A DNA stretch of 33,647 nucleotides from NCBI GenBank assembly GCA_002269645.1, contig NIVC01004843.1, positions 1-33,647 of the forward strand, given 5' to 3'. Each line of letters opens with the position of its first letter. Positions within the stretch are counted from its first letter, which is position 1. Shown piece after piece: positions 1 to 10,716 of the stretch. The position numbers were made by a program, and so were the translations under genes. The DNA comes from Macrostomum lignano (Eukaryota). The notes under the pieces are model-generated. The model did no database searches. It was not told the DNA's origin and saw only the letters and a program-made list of their open reading frames with translations.

Positions 1-3
1 GTC

Positions 4-377
4 TCAGCCGACAGCGGCATCGACGCGCAGAGGCAGCAGAAAGCTGGCCGCGGCTAGGCCAGCCGCCACGCTGGGCCGACACGCCTGCGACGGTGAGGAA
101 CGCCAGGCTGAGCTGCGGGGCGCCGACACCGCCGTAGCGAAGGCGAGTCGACAGTCAGACAGGCGATCGCTTGAAACGCTCAATACAATGGAGCCAGCGC
201 AGAATCCGCCGGGAGGCAGGCACCGGCGCTCGTTGTAGGCCTCGGCGATGTCTGACGAGATTGAGAAGCTGCCGCCAGCTAAATTGCTGAGCACCTCCAG
301 CCGGCTGCGATGCATTCTCGGTGTCTGTGGTAGGGTCTCCACGGATACGGCTCTTTGCTTTAGCGTATAGTTATACA
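4..377 (-). CDS. Putative terminal coding exon of an unidentified gene (about 124 aa, hydrophobic C-terminus)
   Basis: The ORF opens exactly at a pyrimidine-rich acceptor (ctcatttttatag|TG TAT AAC, phase 1). It is GC-rich and ends in an Ala/Leu-rich tail (SVAAGLAAASFLLPL) reminiscent of a GPI signal. No family recognised; a plus-strand frame (2-238) is also open. Confidence 0.3.
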
Positions 378-774
378 CTATAAAAATGAGCTGTTCAAAA
401 GCTATGTTTTTACTGCGTGATTGAGCCTAATTTCCCACGGGTTACAGAGTGGGCAGAGGTTTACAGCTAGTGGTTTTGCTTCATACATTGTATTTCGGGT
501 GTGTATGACTTTCTGTGCTTTCCTTCAACTATATTTTATACAGTATGACAGGGACATCTGCAGTACAAGGACCTTACACTCCTAGAAATGGAACAAATAA
601 TTGTATCAACAGTACATTAAGTACGCTCTCGAGAATTCGGATTTTTCTCTACTGATTTTGTCTATGGTGAAACCTCATTCAGTGCTCATGCGTTCTCTAG
701 AGAGCGTGCATGTATGAATGAATGTACACGTATCTGATGCAGCTTCTTTGAATTACGGTAAATCTTACGGCGTA

Positions 775-1640
775 AGATTATAGTGTCAGTGCCATAGACA
801 AGTGTCAGCGCAATAAGAAGAGTATCAGTGCCATAGATGAGTGTCAGTGCCATAGATGAGTGTCAGCGCCATAAGGGTGTCAGTGCCATAGATTAGAGCC
901 ACTGCCATGTGTCAGTACCATAGATTAGTGTCAGAGCCACTGCCATGTGTCAGTGCCATAGATTAGTGTCGGAGCCATGGACAAGTGTCAGTGCCTTAGA
1001 TTAGTGTCAGTGCCATAGATTAGTGTCAGTGCCATAGATTAGAGCCACTGCCATGTGTCAGTACCATAGATTAGTGTCAGAGCCACTGCCATGTGTCAGT
1101 GCCATAGATTAGTGTCAATCCATGGACAAGTGTCAGTGCCTTAGATTAGTGTCAGTGCCATAGATTAGTGTCAGTGCCATAGATTAGAGCCACTGCCATG
1201 TGTCAGTGCCATAGATTAGTGTCAGTGCCATAGATTAGAGCCACTGCCATGTGTCAGTGCCATAGATTAGTGTCAGAGCCACTGCCATGTGTCAGTGCCA
1301 TAGATAAGTCAGTGCCATGGATTAGTGTCAGTGCCATAGACAAGTGTCAGTGCCATAGATTAGTGTCAGTGCCATAGACAAGTGTTAGTGCCATAGATTA
1401 GTGTCAATGCCATAGACAAGTGTCAGTGCCATAGATTAGTGTCAGTGCCATAGATAAGTCAGTGCCATGGATTAGTGTCAGTGCCATAGACAAGTGTTAG
1501 TGCCATAGATTAGTGTCAGTGCCATAGATTAGTGTCAGTGCCATAGATTAGTGTCAGTGCCATAGACAAGTTTCAATGCCATAGATTAGTGTCAGTGCCA
1601 TAAATTAGTGTCAGAGCTATAGATTATAGTGTCAGTGCCA
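775..1640. repeat. Minisatellite, about 19-bp unit GTGTCAGTGCCATAGATTA, about 45 degenerate copies
   Basis: Tandem unit read directly. Variants GACAA and AGAGCCACTGCCAT recur, and a block of about 145-146 bp is duplicated (gtacc at 915 and 1061). Confidence 0.95.
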
Positions 1641-1650
1641 CAATTGTCAT

Positions 1651-1745
1651 AGCCAATCGGCAGTAAAGATATCCTCAATCCATATACTGCAGCAGCATCT
1701 AACCAGCACGTAATCCTCTTCAATTCTCTGCAAGCTGATTGGCTG
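1651..1745 (+). promoter_or_regulatory. Candidate promoter: two CCAAT boxes in opposite orientation
   Basis: AGCCAATCGG (CCAAT 1653-1657) and GCTGATTGGCT (ATTGG 1738-1742) lie 120-210 bp upstream of an ATG at 1866 that starts a signal-peptide-like sequence. Confidence 0.3.
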
Positions 1746-1865
1746 GCCACTTGCCAGCAAATCTTTTTCTCAACAAAAAAGTGGATGCGAAACTGCAAGT
1801 TTGCAGTTTCTGGTGTACAATATTTTTGGGAGAAAATTTGGAAAATCCCAACTACACAACTCGAA

Positions 1866-1918
1866 ATGCCGCTGCCGCCACAGCTGCTTCTGATGATGTT
1901 GTTGCTGCTGTTGCTGAG
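1866..1918 (+). CDS. Candidate first coding exon (signal peptide MPLPPQLLLMMLLLLLL), possibly of the lectin/TM gene
   Basis: ATG followed by a Leu-rich hydrophobic core and a weak donor (AG|gtgccg, phase 2). Linkage to the 10717 exon is inference. Confidence 0.3.
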
Positions 1919-1965
1919 GTGCCGAGCTACCTGTCCTCGAGTCGCATTGCTTGCCGATCTCCCAG

Positions 1966-2033
1966 CCAGACTTCGCTGCTGTCAGATTTGGGCCATTGTT
2001 TGCTAGAAGCAGCGTCACGTGACTGCATAGAGG
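1966..2033 (+). CDS. Candidate exon (SQTSLLSDLGHCLLEAASRDCIE)
   Basis: Acceptor gatctcccag, phase 2, matches the previous donor after a 47-nt intron; donor G|gtaaat, phase 1. The very short intron makes this uncertain. Confidence 0.22.
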
Positions 2034-2050
2034 GTAAATAAAATAACCTT

Positions 2051-2908
2051 TGCCATTCACTTCTGTCCCTCTGTGAGTGTCATTCACTCTGTCCCTCTGT
2101 GAGTGCCATTCACCTCTGTCCCTCTGTGAGTGCCATTCACCTCTGTCCCTCTGTGAGTGCCATTCACCTCTGTCCCTCTGTGAGTGCCATTCACCTCTGT
2201 CCCTCTGTGAGTGCCATTCACCTCTGTCCCTCTGTGAGTGCCATTCACCTCTGTCCCTCTGTGAGTGCCATTCACCTCTGTCCCTCTGTGAGTGCCATTC
2301 ACTCTGTCCCTCTGTGAGTGCCATTCACCTCTGTCCCTCTGTGAGTGCCATTCACCTCTGTCCCTCTGTGAGTGCCATTCACCTCTGTCCCTCTGTGAGT
2401 GCCATTCACCTCTGTCCCTCTGTGAGTGCCATTCACCTCTGTCCCTCTGTGAGTGCCATTCACCTCTGTCCCTCTGTGAGTGCCATTCACCTCTGTCCCT
2501 CTGTGAGTGCCATTCACCTCTGTCCCTCTGTGAGTGCATTCACCTCTGTCCCTCTGTGAGTGCCATTCACCTCTGTCCCTCTGTGAGTGTCATTCACCTC
2601 TGTCCCTCTGTGAGTGCCATTCACCTCTGTCCCTCTGTGAGTGCCATTCACCTCTGTCCCTCTGTAAGTGCTATTCACCTCTGTCCCTCTGTGAGTGTCA
2701 TTCACCTCTGTCCCTCTGTGAGTGCCATTCACCTCTGTCCCTCTGTGAGTGCCATTCACCTCTGTCCCTCTGTAAGTGCTATTCACCTCTGTCCCTCTGT
2801 GAGTGCCATTCACCTCTGTCCCTCTGTAAGTGCCATTCACCCCTGATCGAGTGAATTGTGTGCCATTCACCTCTGTCCGAGTGAATTGTGTGCCATTCAC
2901 TTCTGTCC
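2051..2908. repeat. Minisatellite, 27-bp unit GAGTGCCATTCACCTCTGTCCCTCTGT, about 31 copies
   Basis: Highly homogeneous tandem array; explains the 9-aa periodic ORFs (LCPSVSAIH etc.). Confidence 0.97.
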
Positions 2909-3031
2909 AAGAGAGTGAATCCTGAGCAGACCTTATTTTCATCCGCATAAAGTGATGCAATGCATTTATTAATTAATTTACAATCTAACACCATCAAAGC
3001 TATACTATAAGTGTAGGGTCATAACTCATAG

Positions 3032-3125
3032 GATTGCACGGCAGCACGACTGAGAGCATTGAGGCATCTCACAGAAGCCAAACAACACGCTTAACAGTGC
3101 ATTCCCAGGGGCAAGTACAAGCTCT
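3032..3125 (+). CDS. Weak candidate exon (LHGSTTESIEASHRSQTTRLTVHSQGQVQA)
   Basis: Acceptor ctcatag and donor CT|gtaagg; the only open frame is phase-compatible with the 2033 donor. No homology recognised. Confidence 0.15.
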
Positions 3126-4434
3126 GTAAGGGAGATTATTGCAAAAAACATTCTCAACAATAATAAATGCATACTCCGGACCATAGTTTCCTGTGCATAT
3201 GGGCTGTAAGCGAGCCAAAATATAGCTATAATCTTAGCGGAAACCTCGCCAACCGGGGATTGCGATTCAGTAGCGGTGACCGCAACCTCAGATTGGGACT
3301 TTTTGGGATTCCTTCTCTCTCTCTCTCCTACTCTCCCATCCCAGAGGCTGGATGCCCTCCTCCTCGCCCTTCCACTTGCCAAGGCGATCTAGAGTGAGCA
3401 TCTAGAGTGCAAATCAAGGACCACTGTAGTATAACAGGACGTAAAACTCAAAGATCGTGTGGTTTTTTGAGGCCTATTTCTTGGGGAAAATACACTGCGG
3501 AAATAGGAAAAAATCAGTTTTTATCACAAAATTAATAATTGTATTTGGTCAGAAGCAATTAATTTGGGTATAGTTCCATCTAAATGCATATTACCTGCAC
3601 AATTTCATTACAAATATACTGCATTCAAGAAGCAACTGAACAAACATTGTCTGAAATGACCTCATTCTTCATGGTTCAAATTCCTCTTTTAAACTCGTAA
3701 CGGGGCAGAAATCGGTGCCATCCGGAGCGTCAGGGGGCTGACCCCCCTTGACCTCCCCTAGAGATCAGAGGGAGTTTGGAACTCCAGATCCTGGTCTAAG
3801 GTCTCCTTATCCCAAAGCAGGCCGCCCCCAACACGCCGGAAATGTCACGGCCTGTGCGATGCAGAGGGTGGGGGGAGGGCAGAGAGTCGCCATGAAGTCG
3901 TTGATGTCCGGCCCGCTTGCTCAGCATCTTCAGAGTCGATACAGCAGCAACTGCAGCAGCAAGGGCCTCTCTCTGCTCTTCTCTTCTGCTCAATATGACT
4001 CGCCTTTTTGCTGTTTTCTCTCCTTCCCATCCCCCTAGCGACGCCTTCTGGCTGCATCCCAAAGATTGATCTGTTTTTCCGCAGCAGATATGACTGAGCG
4101 CATTCTTGTAAAAGGCATCGATGGAGACAAGCTGAAGCAGGCATTAATGAGAATTAGTCGTGTAATTAGTGGGAAATCCCGCGGGCTACCTTATACTACT
4201 AACCTTAGCGGGCTGGGGCAACAGCTCTGAAAAAAAATATTTTTGTCGCTAAGGAAGACAGATCGATACTCGGGGGAACGTTTTTTATCTTATTTTCTCT
4301 GATTGTAGATAAGATAAAGGCCTCTGTTCAGCATTGAGGAAGTTGCATCGCTGCTCGATAAATTCGCCCCATTGATTAGTTGGCGTCTTGACAGAAACCT
4401 CCGCTGATTAGGCGATGAAGGCTAACCGCTTGGA

Positions 4435-4446
4435 CAAGATGGCGGC
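4435..4446 (+). promoter_or_regulatory. YY1-like motif CAAGATGGCGGC overlapping an ATG in strong Kozak context
   Basis: 12-nt match to the known YY1 consensus; single motif with no transcript evidence. Confidence 0.2.
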
Positions 4447-4689
4447 CTCCAGCTTCCTTGGACGTACGAGCTAGATTGACTAGCAAAGAACGAGTGCGGG
4501 GACAGAACTATTTCGAATTGGTTTATTCCCCTTGTGCTTGTTACTTTCAAAGTTTAGAGCTAATGAACTGGGGGGGGGGTATTGAAGCTTCAGGCTACTG
4601 AAGTTTTGCATCGGTGAGAAAGCCCGAAAATAAATAATTTATCTGACACTGAAGCATTTTTGTCTAAAAATAGATCATTTCACAACCTG

Positions 4690-5014
4690 ACACTAAATCA
4701 ATTTGTCTGACACTAAATCTGACTGCCTGACACTGGATCAAATTGTCTGACACTAAATCTGACTGCCTGACACTGGATCAAATTGTCTGACACTAAATCT
4801 GACTGCCTGACACTGGATCAAATTGTCTGACACTAAATCTGACTGCCTGACACTAGATCAAATTGTCTGACACTAAATCAATTTGTCTGACACTAAATCT
4901 GACTGCCTGATACTAAATCAAATTGCCTGACACTTAATCTGACTGCCTGATACTAAATCAAATTGCCTGACGCTAAATTAGACTGCCTGAAAACGTGTCA
5001 ATCCATCTGACACT
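4690..5014. repeat. Minisatellite, 20-bp units forming a 40-bp dimer (CTGACACTAAATCTGACTGC / CTGACACTGGATCAAATTGT), about 15 units
   Basis: Alternating units read directly at 4710-4860. Confidence 0.9.
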
Positions 5015-5479
5015 ATTTACTTGACAATTATATTCTGGTGCTCTGCTTGTCATATTTTCCCGTTTTCCAAAAATAAATTCACCTTTCGATAGATTAATCT
5101 GATCCCAATTCTCACTGTCTGACAAAGTTGCCTTTTTTGACATCTACTGACAGAGACCGGCACAAATTTGCACTGTAAAACAGGATTATTCACCACTCCT
5201 GGGGTAGCTAGTCAACAACGTTTGAACTCTGTTCACCTCTTGCTTGCACGGGGAACGAGACGGAAGTTACTAGCGGAAGCAAGTTCTGGCAAAGCAGTTG
5301 TTGTCAAGCGCTTTGGCAGTCTTTAAGGGCTGAGATCTAAGCCTTGCGCGTGAACGTTTATTGTTGCCCCTACTAACAAAGAAGGAGACAGCTTCAGCAA
5401 AGACTTCTGCTTCAGCAAAGGAAGCTGTGCAGAGAAGAAATTATTTTTGCCTGAGAAGCCGCACCAGAATGGAGGGGAT

Positions 5480-6380
5480 GAGCCAGAAGGGGTAGGGGGA
5501 GGAAGGAAGGTAGGAGGGGATGGTAGCAGGAAGGGGGAAGGCAGGAAGGGGTGGAGGAAAGAAGGATGGGTGAAGGAAGGGGTGGGGAAGGCAGGAAGGG
5601 GTGGGGAAGGCAGGAAGGGGTGGGGAAGGCAGGAAGGGGTGGGGAAGGCAGGAAGGGGTGGGGAAGGCAGGAAGGGGTGGGGAAGGCAGGAAGGGGTGGA
5701 GGAAAGAAGGATGGGTGAAGGAAGGGGTGGGGAAGGCAGGAAGGGGTGGGGAAGGCAGGAAGGGGTGGGGAAGGCAGGAAGGGGTGGGGAAGGCAGGAAG
5801 GGGTGGGGAAGGCAGGAAGGGGTGGGGAAGGCAGGAAGGGGTGGGGAAGGCAGGAAGGGGTGGGGAAGGCAGGAAGGGGTGGGGAAGGCAGGAAGGGGTG
5901 GGGAAGGCAGGAAGGGGTGGGGAAGGCAGGAAGGGGTGGGGAAGGCAGGAAGGGGTGGGGAAGGCAGGAAGGGCTGGGGAAGGCAGGAAGGGGTGGGGAA
6001 GGCAGGAAGGGGTGGGGAAGGCAGGAAGGGGTGGGGAAGGCAGGAAGGGGTGGGGAAGGCAGGAAGGGCTGGGGAAGGCAGGAAGGGGTGGGGAAGGCAG
6101 GAAGGGGTGGGGAAGGCAGGAAGGGGTGGGGAAGGCAGGAAGGGGTGGGGAAGGCAGGAAGGGGTGGGGAAGGCAGGAAGGGCTGGGGAAGGCAGGAAGG
6201 GCTGGTGAAGGCAGGAAGGGCTGGGAAGGCAGGAAGGGCTGGGGAAGGCAGGAAGGGCTGGGGAAGGCAGGAAGGGCTGGGGAAGGCAGGAAGGGGTGGG
6301 GAAGGCATAAAGAGGTGGGGAAGGCATGAAGAGGTGGGGAAGGCATGAAGGGGTGGGGAAGGCATGAAGGGGTGGGGAAG
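5480..6380 (+). repeat. Purine-rich minisatellite, 19-bp unit GGCAGGAAGGGGTGGGGAA, about 45 copies, G-quadruplex prone
   Basis: Direct tandem repeat with two G4 runs per unit. It is nearly stop-free in all six frames, which explains the ORFs at 5323-6411. Confidence 0.97.
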
Positions 6381-6914
6381 GGAACCTGCAGGAGAAGGTT
6401 TTTACCCTCAAAATTTGCTAAAGCTGATCAATCGTAAAAAACCAAAGCTTTCGTACCGATTATTGTTTGAATAGAGAACTTCTAAAAATATAAGATCTGT
6501 ACACAAGGCAGGAGTTGGTGTTGGCTTCTTAGAAAACCTTCTGATTGACTCGAAATTTCTTTTATTGTGAAGGGAACAGCCAAGCTTGAAAGACAGAACT
6601 TGACGGAGAACATTTTTAATAATGTAAAAAATTGAAAATGGGAAGTCTAGGCTGAGGCTGCCAATCAAATATAGTTGGCCTGAGTTATTGACCAGCTCAA
6701 GTTTTTAAAGCCATGTGGACGAAGTATGGGTGTTTTATAAGCGGGAATGCCTCACGGAACTAGAGCTTGAGGTTGAATGTCCGTGCGGGGGGGGGGTCAC
6801 GTGTCGCCATGCATGTTTCGTGATCTCCCTGTAACATAACTTTGATTTTGAATCTTGCTTTTAATTTAGGGTGCGAAATTTCAGAAGCTTATGGAGATTA
6901 AATATACTTTTTAG

Positions 6915-7842
6915 TTTGGGGTTTGTGTGGCTTGGGGTTTGTGTTGATTGGGGTTTGTGCATCTTGGGGTTCGTGTAGCTTGGGGTTCGTGTAGCTTGGG
7001 GTTTGTGCATCTTGGGGTTTGTGTAGCTTGGGGTTTGTGCATCTTGGGGTTCGTGTAGCTTGGGGTTTGTGTAGCTTGGGGTTTGTGCATCTTGGGGTTT
7101 GTGTAGCTTGGGGTTTGTGTAGCTTGGGGTTTGTGTTGATTGGGGTTTATGCATCTTGGGGTTCGTATAGCTTGGGGTTTGTGCATCTTGGGTTTGTGTA
7201 GCTTGGGGTTTGTGTAGCTTGGGGTTTGTGTTGATTGGGGTTTATGCATCTTGGGGTTCGTATAGCTTGGGGTTTGTGCATCTTGGGTTTGTGTAGCTTG
7301 GGATTTGTGTAGCTTGGGGTTTGTGCATCTTGGGTTTGTGTAGCTTGGGATTTGTGTAGCTTGGGGTTTGTGTAGCTTGGGATTTGTGTAGCTTGGGATT
7401 TGTGTAGCTTGGGGTTTGTGTAGCTTGGGATTTGTGTAGCTTGGGGTTTGTGTAGCTTGGGATTTGTGTAGCTTGGGGTTTGTGTAGCTTGGGATTTGTG
7501 TAGCTTGGGGTTTGTGTAGCTTGGGGTTCGTATAGCTTGGGGTTTGTGCATCTTGGGTTTGTGTAGCTTGGGATTTGTGTAGCTTGGGGTTTGTGCATCT
7601 TGGGGTTTGTGTAGCTTAGGGTTTGTGTTGATTGGGGTTTGTGTAGCTTGGGGTTTGTGTAGCTTGGGGTTTGTGTAGCTTGGGGTTCGTGTAGCTTGGA
7701 GTTTGTGTAGCTTGGGATTTGTGTTGATTGGGGTTTGTGCATCTTGGGGTTCGTATAGCTTGGGGTTTGTGCATCTTGGGTTTGTGCATCTTGGCGTTTG
7801 TGTTGATTGGGGTTTGAGTAGCTTGGGGTTTGCGTAGCTTGG
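6915..7842 (+). repeat. GT-rich minisatellite, 16-bp unit GCTTGGGGTTTGTGTA, about 57 copies
   Basis: Tandem units with GCATC, GTTGA and GGGATT variants; 16-aa periodic ORFs on the minus strand. Confidence 0.95.
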
Positions 7843-8569
7843 CCTGGTATGTCGCGAATGCAGATACTGCTAACTCATTTGCAGAATTTCGCAGCCGTGT
7901 GATATCCAGAATGGCGACACATTCCTTCTTCAAAGCTCGTTAGATTTTCACAGAGCGACAGCTGTTCCTTCCGGCAAATTTGTGAAGTTACTGACCCTCC
8001 CTCTGCTTGTCTCGCCACCCGTCGCGCAGCCACCCGTGTACCTCATGCTGCTATCGGCGCTTTTTCGATGCACAGAAGACAAGGCAGAGGTTGGAACTCT
8101 GCACAGCAGGGGTTGGCTGCTGTTCCCGGCCGAAGCAAGTGTGTTAAGCCTTCTGGGGGCTCACTCATATTCCTAGCCATATCCCCATCTCTCTCCCAGA
8201 AATTTCGACAAACCCATTTTGGCAAGTCGTTAATGGCTCGGAGCCCTCTGGGAGGCTGCAGGATTATCGGCTTTTGGGAGGCTGGAAAGGCCGGGGGAGG
8301 AAAGAATCTCAGGCTGGGAGATTTGCCGCCTTGAACAGAAACGGTGTGCTGGAAAAACACAAAAGAGAGAAAATGCTGTCTGGCACAGTGCATGGATTTC
8401 AAGAAAGCACATTCGCCTGCATTCTCTTTTTAGATTGAATGGCTGAGAGCATCGCGGTCTCCATCTGAGCCTCTTAGTTCGCAGTCGCTGGAGTCACTCC
8501 AGGTAGCTATCGATTGAAGATTAGAGTGGATTAGAAATTTAGCATAGGTGTGCTAATATTGCTTCACAA

Positions 8570-9197
8570 TGATGCAGGAATAGAATGGATTGCTAATCTA
8601 GCCTACATCGTGGATGCAGGAATAGAATGGATTGCTAATCTAGCCTACATCATGGATGCAGGAATAGAATGGATTGCTAATCTAGCCTACATCATGGATG
8701 CAGGAATAGAATGGATTGCTAATCTAGCCTACATCATGGATGCAGGAATAGAATGGATTGCTAATCTAGCCTACATCATGGATGCAGGAATAGAATGGAT
8801 TGCTAATCTAGCCTACATCATGGATGCAGGAATAGAATGGATTGCTAATCTAGCCTACATCATGGATGCAGGAATAGAATGGATTGCTAATCTAGCCTAC
8901 ATCATGGATGAAGGAACAGAATGGATTGCTAATCTAGCCTACATCAAGGATGCAGGAATAGAATGGATTGCTAATCTAGCCTACATCATGGATGCAGGAA
9001 TAGAATGGATTGCTAATCTAGCCTACATCATGGATGCAGGAATAGAATGGATTGCTAATCTAGCCTACATCATGGATGCAGGAATAGAATGGATTGCTAA
9101 TCTAGCCTACATCATGGATGCAGGAATAGAATGGATTGCTAATCTAGCCTACATCATGGATGCAGGAATAGAATGGATTGCTAATCTAGCCTACATC
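8570..9197. repeat. Minisatellite, 42-bp unit ATGGATGCAGGAATAGAATGGATTGCTAATCTAGCCTACATC, about 15 near-identical copies
   Basis: Direct; one frame reads MDAGIEWIANLAYI repeatedly. Confidence 0.97.
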
Positions 9198-10387
9198 AAT
9201 ATTTTCAAACCCAGTTTAGCCAAACCCAGCCTGCTCGCTACTTTACTAAAAAAAGTTGAAGCTGTTCCGGCGGACAGATTTGAGTCCGGATGTCGTGTGC
9301 CTTTGGAAGTGCCAGCCCGCGCACTGCAGCCTCGCAGCTATTGTGACGGCTTCCTCCTATTCAGTGTCTGATTCCGAGGCTGAAGTGCTTAGCCAAAGTA
9401 GCCAACAGCAAACTCATAACTCTTTGGCTTAAGAAGCCAGAGCTCCCTGGCCAAGGAGAACTTGAATTAAAATGTGGATTTGGGAGTTGGAGTTTAAAAA
9501 ATACATAATGTAACTTTTTTGCGCACAACTCTGTTATTTCTAAGTTAGAATCGGGTAGAAATAAATGTTTGCAAAAGTGTATTTTTTTCTTGAGATTACC
9601 TATTAGGGTATCGATCAGAATCACAATAATGTTAGAAATTATGATGTTACTAACGAAGGTAAAAATGAAAAGTATTAAAACTTTTAAACAGTTTTTAGCT
9701 AATTAAAACTTTTCATTTGGAAGAAAGAAATAATTTCTAAATGAAAATATCTGGTTAAATAATTATTTTTCCTAGATTTTTCATTCTCCTTTATTAATTT
9801 TCTGTTACGTTATCATTGTCACTTGAATGAGAAAACTAAGTTTTATCAAATATATAATTATTTATTAAACCAACGTATTTATGTGTAGGCATTGGTTTAA
9901 CCAATTTAGTTAGTGCCTGAAAACTACATACTCGTAGAAAAATTAACGAAAGAATTAAAATATAATCTAAACAAAATAATTCAATCTAACAAATGCAATT
10001 ATTCAACATTCATATTTTATGAAATTCAATTGACTCATTGAAAAAAATGCAGCTAATATAAATTCACTATATTCATCACAAAAGATGATACCAAGTTTAA
10101 TTTGTTTTTTGTTTAAACACTAACAGAAGTTATGAAGGATAACCGTATCGGTAAATCGTATAAGAAAAAAACAGATTTATACACGGATCGAAGCTGGAAT
10201 GCAGAAACTTAGCCTATCTACATCTGCTGCTTATATGCTTTAGCTAGTTATAAATTATTGCACGTAAATTATGCACCTACAGCACTCTCAGTTGCCAATT
10301 AAGCCCATACAACCCGGCTTGTTATGGTGGCACTCTCGATTCGACTATAATCTGATAGCTGAGTGTGATTTATGCCCCCTAAGACAG

Positions 10388-10431
10388 GTTCGAGAGAGAG
10401 AGGCTACAGCAGGTGAATTTCTGCAAGTTTG
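10388..10431 (+). CDS. Candidate small exon (FERERLQQVNFCKF) upstream of the lectin exon
   Basis: Acceptor agacag and donor G|gtaacg, phase 1, compatible with the 10717 acceptor. A competing donor AG|gtgaat lies inside it. Confidence 0.2.
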
Positions 10432-10716
10432 GTAACGTCTCGTTTCCCTAATCTTTATATCGCCCCAATGGCAATTAACCCGACTAGCTCCTCCTATGCA
10501 CTGTCCAGGCGTCAGGGCTTTACAACACTTTCTCTCCAACCACTGCCGTCCTGCGGGAAATCTCTCTCTTTTATAGCCACCACTGATAACTGGGACATTT
10601 CAACTTCTGAATGATAAAAATTGATTTAGCTATCAAACTTCAGTTCAACAGAGGATATCAGTTTTAACCCAAGCTGATCGGGCTTTGACCAACTCGACCT
10701 CATTCTCGCTGCTCAG

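Noticed and set aside
2077-2997. Long ORFs on both strands over the 27-bp array
   Set aside because: Translations are pure 9-aa periodicity from the repeat, with no splice or start context.
4171-4180. NF-kB-like site GGGAAATCCC
   Set aside because: The degenerate consensus is expected several times by chance in 33 kb.
5323-6411. Pro-rich and Gly/Arg-rich ORFs of 200-362 aa in all six frames
   Set aside because: The unit contains no stop codon in any frame; an artefact of the 19-bp repeat.
6915-7842. TTGGGG-containing array as telomeric repeat
   Set aside because: It is a 16-bp unit at an interstitial position, not a pure hexamer tract.
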